DNA from: TPA_inf: Saccharomyces
Taxonomy: Eukaryota
Direction of reading: 5' to 3'
Assembly: GCA_000146045.2 (NCBI GenBank)
Contig: BK006938.2
Span: 32,001 to 96,000, forward strand
DNA length: 64,000 bases
Each line of letters opens with the position of its first letter. Position 1 is the stretch's first letter. This document shows, in pieces, positions 22,397-33,765 of the stretch. The notes under the pieces are model-generated. The model did not search any database. It was given only the letters and a program-made list of their open reading frames with translations, and was not told where the DNA came from. The position numbers and the translations under genes are program-made.

Positions 22397-24346
22397 TCAT
22401 GATTTCCCGTAACTTCCATTAAAGCTGTAACCAGATTTACTCCTACTGTTTGAGCCTCTAACGCCTAATGGATTTTTAGAGAAGCTCAACCTGATACCTC
22501 CTTTGTTGTTGAGGGAAGGGCGGGGGTGAGGTAGTTGACTACCATATAATTCTGCCAATGCTCTAGTGGCAAAGCTAACATCCTCAAATTCTACAAAACA
22601 AATTGGACCATGGCCATGACCGTTGCCATGACCGTGAGAGTTCATTTTATTCCTGAAGGATAATCTACGAAAACCTTGCTGATTAGAAAACAATTGCCTT
22701 AATTCTTGTTCCGTGGCATCCGGAGGTAGATTACCCACATAAAGAGTATTACAAGGAGGATTTTGGTCCGCGGGATTGGCTGGTGGTGGCACCTTGGCTA
22801 GTAGTGATAGGTCAGCCTGTGAAATAGTTGTGGAACCTGCCACATTTGTTTCGTTATTTTTCGAAAATGCAGAGGCAGAAGCTGTAGAAGAACATTCTTT
22901 CTGTCGTGATATTGTACTGGTGTCTTGTTCACTCACTAAAAAGCCTTGATTCACCTTTTGGTTGTTGAATATTGAAGACCCGTTAGGAGCAGAAGATTGT
23001 GGGTGGCCATTTTCCGTTTGGAGATTCAGGTCCAAATTGGAAGGAACATTCGAAACGCTCTGCTGAATACTTTGTGTCTTAGTTGAAGCATTAATTTGGT
23101 TCAATAAGTGATAATGCGGTAGAGAAGTCGCGGAATGTATTACTCCTGAATTGTTCAGATTAGGTTGTGATTGAATATGTGGAACATCCTGGCTAATTGA
23201 ATGGTGGGATGGAGGCAACAGATTAGACTGATGATTTTCTTGGCTAGATAATTGAAAAAGAGGAATATTAGCAGTTGAGGAAGCATTCCACTCCATCACA
23301 GGCGTAGATGACATCGGAGGCTCTTGTAAAGATGCACCAAATGAAGAATTACCAACATCATTAACTAATTCATCACCATTCCAAATACTTTCATTTATTT
23401 CATCCTTTTCTAGTAGCAAAAGTGACTTGCCAGCGTCCTTCTGAGGTGGCATTCCTGCTGGAACTGGTGTGGTGGTTACGTTTGATAAATCATGTTGTGA
23501 GATGCTATTTCGTAGAAAGGGTACGGATTCTTTTCTTTGAGAGATTGTTTCCAATCCGAATGGGTCATTGAATGAGAAACGGAGGGATCTCTCTGAAAGT
23601 AATGAAGGCCTTGGCTTGGCCGCTGAAGGCCCTAATGGAGAGGAACTAGTTTTTCCATATGATATAGTATTAAAACTTTGATTTTGAATTTCATTTTGCG
23701 CACTGGACGACAATTGGTAATTCTTTGGAGAACTATTTGTAGTGCCAGATGAAACATGTTCTTGAAAACTCACTGGAAGCTGCGTTTGTTCATTTACTAC
23801 GTCAATGTGAGACCTAAAGGGGAAACTAGGCCCAAAAATCTCAGACTTCGAGTTTAATATATTAGCATAATGGGTTACTAAAGAAAGGGATCCAAATTTG
23901 ACCACAACGACTTTTTCATTGTCATTAAAGGGTTCTCTATCATCCCTTTTTAGTTCTATACTTGACACCCCAGTTGCTAGTGAAAATATACAATAACACT
24001 CTCTTAGTGTAATGTCTTTTGGCAAATTCCTCAGCAAAAGACAGTAGGGGCCAACATCCACATCATGTGGGGCTAAAGAATTGACGTCATTCCCGTTCCC
24101 TTTCCCCGTGGACATGGTCAAATTATGAAGCATAGAAGTCATAATAGGTTCTTTTGCAAAACCTTGCGGGTTCTCTCTTTTAATGTTAGTCTCGCTGTTG
24201 CTCCTAACTGCGGAAAAACTATATGCAGTTGGCATGGGATATGTTGCCTCCTTTGATAATGGAACGGTTTCTGAACTAGAACTAAATGCCCTTTCTATAA
24301 GAAATTTGGATTCGTTTAAATTCGTCTGATTATGCACTAATGACAT
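22397..24346 (-). CDS. WHI4: RRM-containing RNA-binding protein, Whi3 paralog (YDL224C)
   Basis: 649-aa ORF with ATG confirmed at 24346. C-terminal RRM (LYVGNLP ... ICFVEFEDV) followed by a (HG)n tract [10 protein letters not shown]. Confidence 0.9.
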   Translation of the reverse strand: MSLVHNQTNLNESKFLIERAFSSSSETVPLSKEATYPMPTAYSFSAVRSNSETNIKRENPQGFAKEPIMTSMLHNLTMSTGKGNGNDVNSLAPHDVDVGPYCLLLRNLPKDITLRECYCIFSLATGVSSIELKRDDREPFNDNEKVVVVKFGSLSLVTHYANILNSKSEIFGPSFPFRSHIDVVNEQTQLPVSFQEHVSSGTTNSSPKNYQLSSSAQNEIQNQSFNTISYGKTSSSPLGPSAAKPRPSLLSERSLRFSFNDPFGLETISQRKESVPFLRNSISQHDLSNVTTTPVPAGMPPQKDAGKSLLLLEKDEINESIWNGDELVNDVGNSSFGASLQEPPMSSTPVMEWNASSTANIPLFQLSSQENHQSNLLPPSHHSISQDVPHIQSQPNLNNSGVIHSATSLPHYHLLNQINASTKTQSIQQSVSNVPSNLDLNLQTENGHPQSSAPNGSSIFNNQKVNQGFLVSEQDTSTISRQKECSSTASASAFSKNNETNVAGSTTISQADLSLLAKVPPPANPADQNPPCNTLYVGNLPPDATEQELRQLFSNQQGFRRLSFRNKMNSHGHGNGHGHGPICFVEFEDVSFATRALAELYGSQLPHPRPSLNNKGGIRLSFSKNPLGVRGSNSRSKSGYSFNGSYGKS

Positions 24347-24973
24347 TGTTAATTGAGAAACCTTAAGCGTTATTTTTCAGCGTAGATGTGGCAACTAAGG
24401 TTCCTGTTTTCAAAAACCCTGCTTTTTTGAAAAATGCTCGAAAAATAAAGAAAGAAGTCAGTCCCTTGTTTTAGCAAAGTGATAATTTGTGAAATATGAC
24501 ACAAGTAGAAGATAAACCTTTACACGCAGAAATAACAGCGGATTATATTTTGATTCTTAGATTTCCTAATTTCGTGAACTTTTAACTAAGAAGGAAAAAA
24601 CAATTGAGATGAGATCCAAATGGGAGGAGTTTTGAAACAATTGTTTGCTATTATTTCAATGATTTAGTGTTGCCACCAGATGGGTCTATTTTCTGTAAAA
24701 CTACCGGTTCGAGGCTCCTGCCGTAACCTTAATTGTACTTTTCTATGATTTAATCCAAATAACCATTCCATTCCTCTTTAAGTCTAAGAAACATTAAAAA
24801 ACAAAAAACACCACGTCCGGGTAATGAAAATATAACGCTGGGTAATGCACGTGTTGATAATTACATCGTTTTTCACTAATATCGTACCAAACGAGATGTT
24901 TGCAGAAAGAACAAACCAATATTTTAAATAATCAAAAATCAAATTAGCTATTATTTCTCATTTGGTGATAATA

Positions 24974-25028
24974 ATATATACATACATATATATATATATA
25001 TATAAATATATAGGTATATATATAAATA
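24974..25028. repeat. Imperfect (AT)n / (TATA)n microsatellite in the WHI4/HBT1 intergenic region
   Basis: atatatacatacatatatatatatatatataaatatataggtatatatataaat. Confidence 0.75.
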
Positions 25029-25264
25029 ACCTAAGACAAGTTAAATGAGTATAAAAAACCTTGAACGTAAATGAAAAAAAAAAAAATACTAGTAAATTGA
25101 CAACATAAAAGACAAAAATAAATGAAAGAGGAAAGTGGTAATAAAGTGGTTAAAATTTGTTGTAGTTGTAGATAGGAGGAGTCCGCGTAGACAGTTATTC
25201 AAATTCAATTGAGGAAGAAAAATAGATTTCAAAGAATACTGGGAATTTGTTAATCGAGAAGTGT

Positions 25265-28200
25265 TTAAATTTCACTCCTAAATCCAAAAGTACCGCCAGA
25301 AATACTTTTTCTCACTCTACCCATGAAACTTTGTTTACCAGCCTGTTCCTCACCTTGCTCGTCGTCATGGTAATCTTGCTCACCCTCATCGGAACCGTAC
25401 TGATGATGTCTTGGAGTGTGCTCGGCTGAATGAGTAGAATTATTATAGTCGTAGTCAGACCCTTTTGAAGAATTCTGTCTGCTGTGACGGTGATGATTGT
25501 GATGATGTTTTGATTTTCCGGAACCCATTGAACCCACCGACACTTTCCTTCCCTGAGAAGTTGTTTCATTATGAATTGAATAGGAAGTGGTTTCTGGGTA
25601 GGTGCCCTCAGATGGCTTTTGAGAACTAGAGGTGTTGGTGTCTTTAAATCCGTATGTTGGGACATGTGGGTCAATCAAACTAGGGAAATTACCAACTTCG
25701 GCAGCATAAGCGTTTGAGGCGTCGGCACCACCAAGGTCGGTTCTACGTTTGTTCTTCAAATCTACTTCACGCTTGTAGCCCGGTGCGTCTTCCTCTAAAA
25801 CTTTCGCATTCTTATTGACATCAATATTATCGTCGCTAGAATATTCTTGATTTTGGGAATTGCCGCCAGAACCGTAACTGGCCTTTTGTTCTGATGATGG
25901 TTCCTGATCGTGAGTCATTCCAGTAATATCTTGTGATTTGGCATATGTAGGGTCCGCATTTTTAATATTATCGTAAGCAGCTGTTTCAGCATCCCCTGAT
26001 TTGGAGTATGTAGTGTCTCCAGATCTGGAATTATCAAAGGCAGCAACATTAGCGTTTTCGAGATGAGTGTCTGTATTTTTACTATCATCAAAAGGGTTCG
26101 AGCTGAAGGTCTTGGATTTTGCACCCATCCTTCCGGTTGTATCTACGTTTCCAGTAGTACCTGTTTCCGGATTATTGGTGAAATCCTTGGCATCGGATGC
26201 AATATCCTGTGTTGTTTTTGCTCTTCTTGGCTCAATTTGGTCAATAAAATTAGAACGCGTTGGAGTTGGGCCTGATTTATTTTTGCTTAAATCAGATAAT
26301 TTTTTGTTACCAGAAGTATTCGAGTATTCGTAATTGCCAAGACTCTCATCTCTTGCAGTCTCCATACCAGCACGGTTAGTGGTTTGCCTTGGAGACAACG
26401 GGTCTTCATCTTGTTTTTGCACTGATTTTGACAACGTATCAGGTTCAAAAGTACCTGGGATTTTCTCTCTCTGCTCATAATTGTAATCCGATGGTTTTCC
26501 CTGGTACGCTTTCTTAGAATACAAGTCGTTTTTCTTTGCATTTGAGTAGTCGTCAATATCATTCTCGTGGTAGTCTTCAACATCATCCAAATAATCCAAC
26601 CCATATTGATGAGGTTTAGTAGAATCTTCATTCATATCTTCGTCCTTCATAGCAGGTGATACAACATTGTTTCGGGTGGTGGCATCATTAGAAAGCCCGG
26701 ACCATTCTGCTTCATGACGGGGTGACATGTCAATATTGTTGTTCGTATTTTGAGAACCAGCTTGTGAACCGGCAACATATTGCAAGTTATCCCTACCATT
26801 ATCATTATACTTCATATGTCCTAATTCGGTTCCCGCTTTAGGCATATTCTGAGATCCAGATGTACCGCTGTCGAATTTCTCCTTCATACTAGAAGGTATA
26901 ACAACATCCTGCAGATTCTTATTTTTACCAGCGCTGGAACTATATTCAATTGGACCCCAATTAGAATCCGTCTTGGATTTAATGTTTTTCTGTTGATAAT
27001 CATCGGCGGATTCCAGAATGTCATCTCTTTCAATGTTAAATTTTTCAGCCGCTCTTTCTGATATATTTTTATTATCAACCTTATTCTTTTCTGGGTGTTG
27101 AATGTTTTTATTGCTATCATGATAAGAAGGTTGCTGGCTTACAAAACCACTTGTCCCGACTGCTGCTTTGGGTTCAGGTTCCATAGTTTGCTGTTGGATT
27201 GCATCAGAACCAGAAACTTGGTCATTTTTCAATCCAGTTTGTTCGCTCTCATCCATCTTCACGTTCTGTGCAATTTCTTTAATTGTATCTTGAGGAGGAC
27301 CAGTCGCAGTGTTGCCAGAGTACTTTCTACGATCTGCAGACTTCGAACTTGTGTCCGTGTAGACACTAGGGTCGACAGCGTTCATACCGGAACTAACATT
27401 ACTCTTTGGGCCTGTACTTGTGTAAACACTAGGATCAACAGGGTTCACATCAGTACCAGTCATGCCCCGGAAACTACCAGGTATGACATCTCGATCTGAG
27501 TTGGAATCAGTGTTCGAATAACCCTTCGTAGCTGAGGAGTTATCTTTAACACTTGTATGTCCATGAGTAACTGAAGGGTTAGTTTTAGTACTGGAATGAT
27601 CCTGTGCAGCAGCGGTGGATTTAGGACCAGTGCTTGAACCAGAGTGACCATGGCTAACAGGGTGGGTAGTTTTGACGTTGATATGTCCATGTGTAGTTGC
27701 AGTGGCTGATGGACCAGTATTCGCTTTAGAATGCTCATGAGTATTGGTAGGAGATGTGGTTTTCACACTGGCATGACCATGTGTGTGAGTGACAGGGGAA
27801 GTGGTAGCACTGGAATGACCATGCGTGTGAGTAACAGGAGAAGTGGCAGCTTTGGAAGTGCTGTGGTTATGAGTGGTTGCAATACTTGGATGCCCTGCAT
27901 CACCTTTGGAATGTCTATGCGCAGTGGGGGACGCCTTTATATTTGAATGTTCATGGCTAGTGGGAGGTGACGTTTTCACTTTGGATTGCTCACTTGTAGC
28001 AGCGGGTGTCGTTGTTTTGACATAAGAGTATCCATGGGTAGTAATAGTAGCATTAGGGCCAGAACTTGACTTGGTGTCGGCAGAAACAGGGTTCACATCA
28101 GAAGTTACGTTGGCACGGCGGTTAGCGTCCGCCTCAGTGTCTTCGTGTGGAGTTTCCGAGTCTTTATTATGCTTCTTCCTCCAAGGTAACAGAATGTTTT

Positions 28201-28405
28201 TAGCCTTGGTTTCCAAATTCTTGGACGTTGATTCGGGCTGTTCTTTTGGTAAGTTATATTCGGTCGGCTTTGTAGTACTGAAAGACTTTTTGCGTTGAGC
28301 AGAATCTGAATTGGAATCATAGGAACCGGGCTTACCACCAAACGAAAAATTATTTTGTTCTTCTTCGCCTTGACCATCTTTGGAAATGGACTCGTTCATA
28401 TTCAT
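25265..28405 (-). CDS. HBT1: Shmoo-tip protein, Hub1 target; Ser/Thr/His-rich and largely low-complexity (YDL223C)
   Basis: The track ORF (1058 aa) begins at a GTG at 28441. The first ATG, at 28405, gives 1046 aa starting MNMNESISKDG, which matches the Hbt1 length I recall. Confidence 0.88.
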   Translation of the reverse strand: MNMNESISKDGQGEEEQNNFSFGGKPGSYDSNSDSAQRKKSFSTTKPTEYNLPKEQPESTSKNLETKAKNILLPWRKKHNKDSETPHEDTEADANRRANVTSDVNPVSADTKSSSGPNATITTHGYSYVKTTTPAATSEQSKVKTSPPTSHEHSNIKASPTAHRHSKGDAGHPSIATTHNHSTSKAATSPVTHTHGHSSATTSPVTHTHGHASVKTTSPTNTHEHSKANTGPSATATTHGHINVKTTHPVSHGHSGSSTGPKSTAAAQDHSSTKTNPSVTHGHTSVKDNSSATKGYSNTDSNSDRDVIPGSFRGMTGTDVNPVDPSVYTSTGPKSNVSSGMNAVDPSVYTDTSSKSADRRKYSGNTATGPPQDTIKEIAQNVKMDESEQTGLKNDQVSGSDAIQQQTMEPEPKAAVGTSGFVSQQPSYHDSNKNIQHPEKNKVDNKNISERAAEKFNIERDDILESADDYQQKNIKSKTDSNWGPIEYSSSAGKNKNLQDVVIPSSMKEKFDSGTSGSQNMPKAGTELGHMKYNDNGRDNLQYVAGSQAGSQNTNNNIDMSPRHEAEWSGLSNDATTRNNVVSPAMKDEDMNEDSTKPHQYGLDYLDDVEDYHENDIDDYSNAKKNDLYSKKAYQGKPSDYNYEQREKIPGTFEPDTLSKSVQKQDEDPLSPRQTTNRAGMETARDESLGNYEYSNTSGNKKLSDLSKNKSGPTPTRSNFIDQIEPRRAKTTQDIASDAKDFTNNPETGTTGNVDTTGRMGAKSKTFSSNPFDDSKNTDTHLENANVAAFDNSRSGDTTYSKSGDAETAAYDNIKNADPTYAKSQDITGMTHDQEPSSEQKASYGSGGNSQNQEYSSDDNIDVNKNAKVLEEDAPGYKREVDLKNKRRTDLGGADASNAYAAEVGNFPSLIDPHVPTYGFKDTNTSSSQKPSEGTYPETTSYSIHNETTSQGRKVSVGSMGSGKSKHHHNHHRHSRQNSSKGSDYDYNNSTHSAEHTPRHHQYGSDEGEQDYHDDEQGEEQAGKQSFMGRVRKSISGGTFGFRSEI
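27767..27850 (-). repeat. In-frame 42-nt tandem duplication inside HBT1
   Basis: Two adjacent 42-nt copies (27767-27808 and 27809-27850) are about 88% identical. They encode A-T-(T)-S-P-V-T-H-T-H-G-H-S-S, and sit within a wider 27560-28050 region of degenerate T-H-x-H-S/T repeats. Confidence 0.8.
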
Positions 28406-28871
28406 ATCTTGGGTTGGGTGATATTCTTGATAGCTCTCCACTGGGAAATCTTCACGGTGTTCGGTATTATTCTTATCTCTACAGTTACATATAAAAAAAG
28501 GTGTTTTTGAGTTAGTTAGTATTATATATTAATTTTCTTGAGGGGGTGGTATTATTAAAGAATTAAATTCAATATTATTACTATTAATTACACTAAGGTG
28601 CCGGGTATTATTGACGTTTTTTTTTTCTTAGTCTCTTTAATGAAGAAGGAAAAAGAACTAAGTTATTATTAGAAGGAAAAGGAGGAGGGGAGGCGAGAAA
28701 GAATGGTGGAGAATAAATGAAAATCTCCAAGAAAAAATTTCAGCACGATACATATGGATTATACCATGTCACAAAAAAATATTTCGGTTGGAGGTAGATG
28801 CAGAGTTATGGTACTGCGAATGTAGGAAGAAAAAAAAAATTAGGAAGTATTTTATGGTGATTATTTCCTTC

Positions 28872-29801
28872 CTAGTCGCGTACCGTCACTGGCCCGGCAA
28901 GACCACCATCCCCAGCTGGTTCTAACTCAGCTGATGGCACCTGCTTTCTTGTTTTCAGTTTTTGAAAGAACTTGCCATTGCCAGCCGGAGTAGTGGTGGT
29001 TGTAGGTTGAGGCTGTCCAACCACAGGTGCGGCTGTGATAGGGCCCGCGCCGTCCGTCGCCCCACTATTGTAAGTGGATTTCTCCATTTGAGCACCGGTG
29101 TCAACAGAAGGGCTTTCATATTGGGCATACATGTCGTGGTCCGAGTAGGTAGAGTGGGCCTTGTGGGTAGCACTGAATATAGTGGACCAAATGGCGTTCA
29201 CGAGCATCAAGAAGACCGAAGTCCAGATGAACGCAAAGTTTTTGGGTCCCAGCCTTGCAGACCTCCCGCTGTTGCGGAAGGTCTTTCTGGCCTTCACATA
29301 GCAACCTGTGTACAAGCATGCAGCCAATATAATGAAGAAAAAGGCCAACCAGGACAACACACAGTACAGGACTGGCACTGCCTTGAAAGGAAGGAAGGTA
29401 GCCAGAAAGCCGGGTACCAGCGCCAGTACGATGAAAAATAGGGAAATCAGCAGCATGGCCCATCCAACCCTGGATAGATAATAGTAGGTATCCCGGTTGT
29501 TTCTGAACGACGATGGTAAATTGACAGAGTTACCAAAATTGTCTCTGGGAGAGAAAGGCTTGGCGGGCGCCCTGCTAGAGCAATTAGCTAGCTGGCCGTC
29601 TTCGTAGCCGCACCAATTGTAATTGTACCATCTCGTGGTCGATGGAGCGCTGTTAAAGCCGTTTGTATCAGCCTGTAACCAATAAAAATTTTTCAGCGTT
29701 CCAGATTCTCTGCCTCCTGACAGAATAAGAAAAAACGTCAATAAGCCAGCACCGAGTAGGAATAAAAACACAAGCAAATTAACGAACCTTTTGAAAATCA
29801 T
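28872..29801 (-). CDS. FMP45: SUR7-family plasma-membrane/eisosome protein (YDL222C)
   Basis: 309-aa ORF with ATG confirmed at 29801. Four predicted TM helices and a Pro/Thr-rich C-terminus. Confidence 0.92.
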   Translation of the reverse strand: MIFKRFVNLLVFLFLLGAGLLTFFLILSGGRESGTLKNFYWLQADTNGFNSAPSTTRWYNYNWCGYEDGQLANCSSRAPAKPFSPRDNFGNSVNLPSSFRNNRDTYYYLSRVGWAMLLISLFFIVLALVPGFLATFLPFKAVPVLYCVLSWLAFFFIILAACLYTGCYVKARKTFRNSGRSARLGPKNFAFIWTSVFLMLVNAIWSTIFSATHKAHSTYSDHDMYAQYESPSVDTGAQMEKSTYNSGATDGAGPITAAPVVGQPQPTTTTTPAGNGKFFQKLKTRKQVPSAELEPAGDGGLAGPVTVRD

Positions 29802-30243
29802 AGCGGTAGATTATAGTGATTAGTGTTACTTGTTACTTGGATAAAAAGGAAAGTATAAGCGTTAAACGTAAATACCTCTTTCTTTTTAATTCACTTCAAA
29901 ATTACTGTACTTAAAGTTTGCATCTAACGGATAACTAATCAAGAGAACAAAGCAAGATCAAGTAACTGTTGCAAAGCAACCATCCTTTTATATGTCGGCA
30001 TCTGCGCCGAATGCTCCTCCCCATTCCAGACTATCCTTGTTTTAGCATCAAGAAGGAAGGAAGACCTTTCATTGACTCTTGCTTCTTACCACTCCCCTCT
30101 TTCCCTTTTCCTTCGTGTGAAAACGTTCCACTCCCTTATATTCAGAGCACCCTTAAATTTGGTTATTTGGTCTTTTTTTTTTATATTACTCCGAGACGTC
30201 ACTGCAATTTGGCACCGCCGCGTTGGGCTGCGCGGATCATGTC

Positions 30244-33018
30244 TTACGAGGTGGGAACGGCTCCGGCGTCATCGTCATTATCCTCCTCCTTTTTCACGGT
30301 GACGCCATTTTGCGCGGCAAGAAGTCGCAGAGGATTGACGGTAGCATTAATTGCGCAATCAAGACTCCCTGAATCAGGAGCCGCTGCAACCTTCGGATGG
30401 GCCAGCTGTTGTTGCAATTCCCGAAAGGTGCATTCAATTGGGCACCAGATCTGGAGTGCCACGGTAGTGTCAGGGAACAGCGTGAGCGAGGAGGTTATAT
30501 TGAATTTAAATGAATGGCCGAGAAATTGTGCCAATTGCGTATATTTTTCCTCAAGAGGCTGACGCTGTAAGTAGGCGCTTGAGCGGTTGAAAAAATAAGC
30601 AAAGTTCTTGGAGGTAATGATGTGTAGTTGCAACACTCGCTCCGGGGCCAAGCCGCGGGTTTGTAAAAGTGGGAGCTCATTCGTGATATGGAAGCAGAGA
30701 TCAGATGCGTGGTACTCGATGGCGATGATACGGCCCTCGCAACTGTATAATGTGTTGCTCTTGTGTGTTTGCTGTGGGCGCGGGAGGCGAGCCGAGGAGT
30801 CCAAGAGAGAAGATATATCTGTGAACTTTACATCGAAGGAGGACACGTCTGCATTCAGGTCGGGTATGTGTTCTGCGAGAGCTGGTGTAGTGGGTGATTT
30901 TTTTGGTTCATGCTTTACTTCATCGAACCTCAGTTTCGCGAGATGAGAACCGTTTCTATGTATGGGGAAAAACCTCCGGTACTCTTCGAAATAGCGTGAA
31001 ATTGCGGATTCGCCAATTCTCTTGAACGCTCGTTGGTAGAACAATCTTAAATGTTCGCACTGTGAAGGCGAGGCGATGCTGCTTATTTGGGAATGCGGGA
31101 CCGGCTCACATTCGCGCACAATGGCATTCAATTTGCCGTTGTACATTTTCACTTTTATATTCATCTTACAAACTATGCCGTATTGCGAAAGGTTTTCATC
31201 GCGGCCGTTCTGTAGATCTCTTAGCCCGTTGTTGAATATTTTTCTGAGCTTAGAGTCAAACGTTTCGAATTGGTTTTTGTACATGATGGCTTTGAAGCCC
31301 TCGTTCAGCTCTAACTTGTTCTCGTAATCTATTAGATATCTGTCGTAAAGATAGTTTTGGACGATATCGTTCTTGGTAAAATCGCTAAAGACAAAAGATA
31401 TAAAGGCAGGTTTATCAAACGAGCAGGAGACTAGCATGCCAAACATTGTTATGTATTTGGTCTCAAAAGTGTCGAGTCCCAACTGACAGAATTCGATGGT
31501 GGGGTCTTTCCTTGCCATTTTGCTCATCCTTGTGCGAGACGGATCGATTGACGCCGACGATTGCGCAGGCACCTGCACCTGCGCCTGCGCCTGCGTGTCG
31601 GTGCTAATGTTCTTCAAACTCCATACTGCCATACCTGGGCTGGCGGTCTTGTCATTGTCCCACAGGATCCTTTCAACTTCGACGGAAATTCGATCAGGCT
31701 TTTCCAGTAGTAAAATATCCGATATCTTGTCGCTTTGACAGTTTAAAACACCGAAGAGCTCACAGATTCGCTCTCTCGTCGGGATAACGATCTCAATGCA
31801 ATTGACGCCTGGCACCAGGACCTTGTCTGGGACATTTGGTAAGAGCTGCGTAAAATATAATTTCAATGTGCAATATTTGAACTCATTTATACTGGCGAAT
31901 TGAGGTGGATTCATGCCAACAATTTTGCCCTCTAACCTTTCAACTGAGCCTACACTAGCTAGGGAAAGTTGCTCATAACTGATGGCTTTGCGGATTGAGG
32001 ACGCGTTCGGACTGTGGAAAGAAAGCTTTCTCTTCCTCTTGCTTCCGGAATCATCATCGTGCCAATTATTTGGTACGCTTGTTTTCCTTTCAGGTGTCTG
32101 TGACTGGATGTAGGATTTTGAGCTGAAATATTTCCCGGTAGAGGAGGTAGTTGAGGAATCTGAATCCTCAATGGGATCTGCGCTGTCATGCATTTCCTCT
32201 CCCATGTTGCTTATATCTGTGGTCGGTTCATCTACATTAAGCGTCATAAGCTGCGAGTTGAATTCGTTTTGGGATTCAATGTAAGGTATCCCTAGTCTAT
32301 TTGGCACAAAGAAAGGATTAATTGCTGCGGCTTTTGATTTCTGCGATAATACCTTTTGTTGGTCTTGAACGAACTTTTTTAGTTCTATATCGTAGTGAAT
32401 CAACTTTACAAATTTAAACCTGTTTTTCTCGTCTCTATTCATTTCTATTAAATTGTTGAAGATATCCACAAGTGAGTTGTTCAAATCACATTCTGAAATA
32501 AGTTCTGATGACGAATGCTTGCTGCTATTTGTCGATTTTGTAGATATGGTGCTTATCACACTTACCAAATCCAACGGTTTTATGTCCTCTAAGAATAGAG
32601 TATAGTTCCCGTGTTTTGATACATATAAAGCTTTACAACTTGAAAAACATAACCTTTCAAGGTGAATATCTCTCAGTATTACTGTTGGGGATGCGCCTGA
32701 GTCAGAATCTAAATCTGGCAGTTCAATATCAAAGTATTGGCAAAGTAAGGAAATAGTGATCCGGGCTAACCTCTCCGAGCCCCTATCTTTGAACTTCAGT
32801 TTGATTAAATATTGATCTTCTTGGGATTGATCTCCTCGCCTCTCAAAATTAGAAAAGCCTAGCAAACATTTTGTTTCAGTCAGGTGTATTGAGGTTAAAA
32901 GCGCCACGAATTGCACGGGAACTATTGCTTTGCTGGGATAGCCTTCAAAATCTTTACTCGAGCTCACAAAAATACGATTTTTATGTGGAGGACACTCAGG
33001 CTCTTCTAAGGTATCCAT
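30244..33018 (-). CDS. CDC13: Telomeric ssDNA-binding protein, CST complex (YDL220C)
   Basis: The track ORF extends to a TTG at 33054. The first ATG, at 33018, gives 924 aa starting MDTLEEPECPPHKNRIFVSS. OB-fold DNA-binding region. Recognised as Cdc13. Confidence 0.93.
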   Translation of the reverse strand: MDTLEEPECPPHKNRIFVSSSKDFEGYPSKAIVPVQFVALLTSIHLTETKCLLGFSNFERRGDQSQEDQYLIKLKFKDRGSERLARITISLLCQYFDIELPDLDSDSGASPTVILRDIHLERLCFSSCKALYVSKHGNYTLFLEDIKPLDLVSVISTISTKSTNSSKHSSSELISECDLNNSLVDIFNNLIEMNRDEKNRFKFVKLIHYDIELKKFVQDQQKVLSQKSKAAAINPFFVPNRLGIPYIESQNEFNSQLMTLNVDEPTTDISNMGEEMHDSADPIEDSDSSTTSSTGKYFSSKSYIQSQTPERKTSVPNNWHDDDSGSKRKRKLSFHSPNASSIRKAISYEQLSLASVGSVERLEGKIVGMNPPQFASINEFKYCTLKLYFTQLLPNVPDKVLVPGVNCIEIVIPTRERICELFGVLNCQSDKISDILLLEKPDRISVEVERILWDNDKTASPGMAVWSLKNISTDTQAQAQVQVPAQSSASIDPSRTRMSKMARKDPTIEFCQLGLDTFETKYITMFGMLVSCSFDKPAFISFVFSDFTKNDIVQNYLYDRYLIDYENKLELNEGFKAIMYKNQFETFDSKLRKIFNNGLRDLQNGRDENLSQYGIVCKMNIKVKMYNGKLNAIVRECEPVPHSQISSIASPSQCEHLRLFYQRAFKRIGESAISRYFEEYRRFFPIHRNGSHLAKLRFDEVKHEPKKSPTTPALAEHIPDLNADVSSFDVKFTDISSLLDSSARLPRPQQTHKSNTLYSCEGRIIAIEYHASDLCFHITNELPLLQTRGLAPERVLQLHIITSKNFAYFFNRSSAYLQRQPLEEKYTQLAQFLGHSFKFNITSSLTLFPDTTVALQIWCPIECTFRELQQQLAHPKVAAAPDSGSLDCAINATVNPLRLLAAQNGVTVKKEEDNDDDAGAVPTS

Positions 33019-33241
33019 TTTTAGGCGATAGTTTCCACGGTCATTCGTATCCAAAGAGAAACATATATGAATATATTCTTAAATTTCCATTTTGAATTAG
33101 CATTTCGCATCTCACTAGGCCTTCGCGTCTCTTATGACGTTGAAAAATTTGGATATCAAAGGTTTAAAAAGTATAATCACGTTAATCAAGGCTGCATGTA
33201 CATATTAAATAATCCACATATTATTCAGCAGCGGATTTACA

Positions 33242-33765
33242 ATGAAGATTGTCTTACAAAAAGTCAGCCAAGCATCTGTAGTCGTCGATTCAAAAGTTAT
33301 TTCAAGGTATGTTACCGGTTTTTTCAGCTTCGTTAGTGCACCAATTTTTTTTACTAACACCTCTATCTATGTGACAGTATTAAACATGGTTATATGCTCC
33401 TAGTAGGTATTTCCATTGATGATTCTATGGCGGAGATAGATAAATTATCGAAAAAGGTTCTTAGTTTGAGAATCTTCGAAGATGAATCCAGAAATCTATG
33501 GAAGAAGAATATTAAAGAGGCCAATGGTGAAATTCTATCCGTGTCTCAATTCACTTTGATGGCAAAAACCAAGAAGGGAACTAAACCCGATTTCCATTTG
33601 GCCCAAAAGGGTCATATAGCTAAAGAACTTTATGAAGAATTCTTAAAATTACTAAGAAGTGATTTGGGTGAGGAAAAAGTAAAGGATGGTGAATTCGGCG
33701 CAATGATGAGTTGCTCTTTAACTAATGAAGGGCCCGTTACAATCATTCTTGACAGTGACCAATAA
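33242..33765 (+). CDS. DTD1: D-aminoacyl-tRNA deacylase; spliced, join(33242..33306,33378..33765) (YDL219W)
   Basis: Exon 1 (ATG at 33242, 65 nt) ends ...TTCAAG followed by GTATGT. The branchpoint TACTAAC is at 33352-33358 and the 3' splice site gtgacAG ends at 33377. Exon 2 continues in frame into the track ORF 33394..33765. The spliced product is 150 aa, MKIVLQKVSQASVVVDSKVISSIKHGYMLLVGISIDD... Confidence 0.9.
33307..33377 (+). other. DTD1 spliceosomal intron (71 nt)
   Basis: Canonical yeast signals: 5' GTATGT, branchpoint TACTAAC 19 nt upstream of the 3' AG. Reading frame is restored across the junction. Confidence 0.88.

Noticed and set aside
26063-28377. Multiple 70-130-aa ORFs on both strands within HBT1
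   Set aside because: These are artefacts of the low-complexity, repeat-rich HBT1 sequence, which keeps alternative frames open. All are nested in or antisense to the 1046-aa gene.
29969-30562. 197-aa + strand ORF between FMP45 and CDC13
   Set aside because: It overlaps the 3' end of CDC13 on the opposite strand and the FMP45 promoter. It is Cys/Ser/Pro-rich nonsense with no domain. This is most likely a chance open frame in GC-richer sequence.
32871-33095. Short + strand ORFs overlapping the CDC13 N-terminal region and its promoter (also 30608..30946, 31076..31327, 31496..31738)
   Set aside because: They are antisense to a well-supported 924-aa gene and have no recognisable domains. This is the YDL221W-type dubious ORF.
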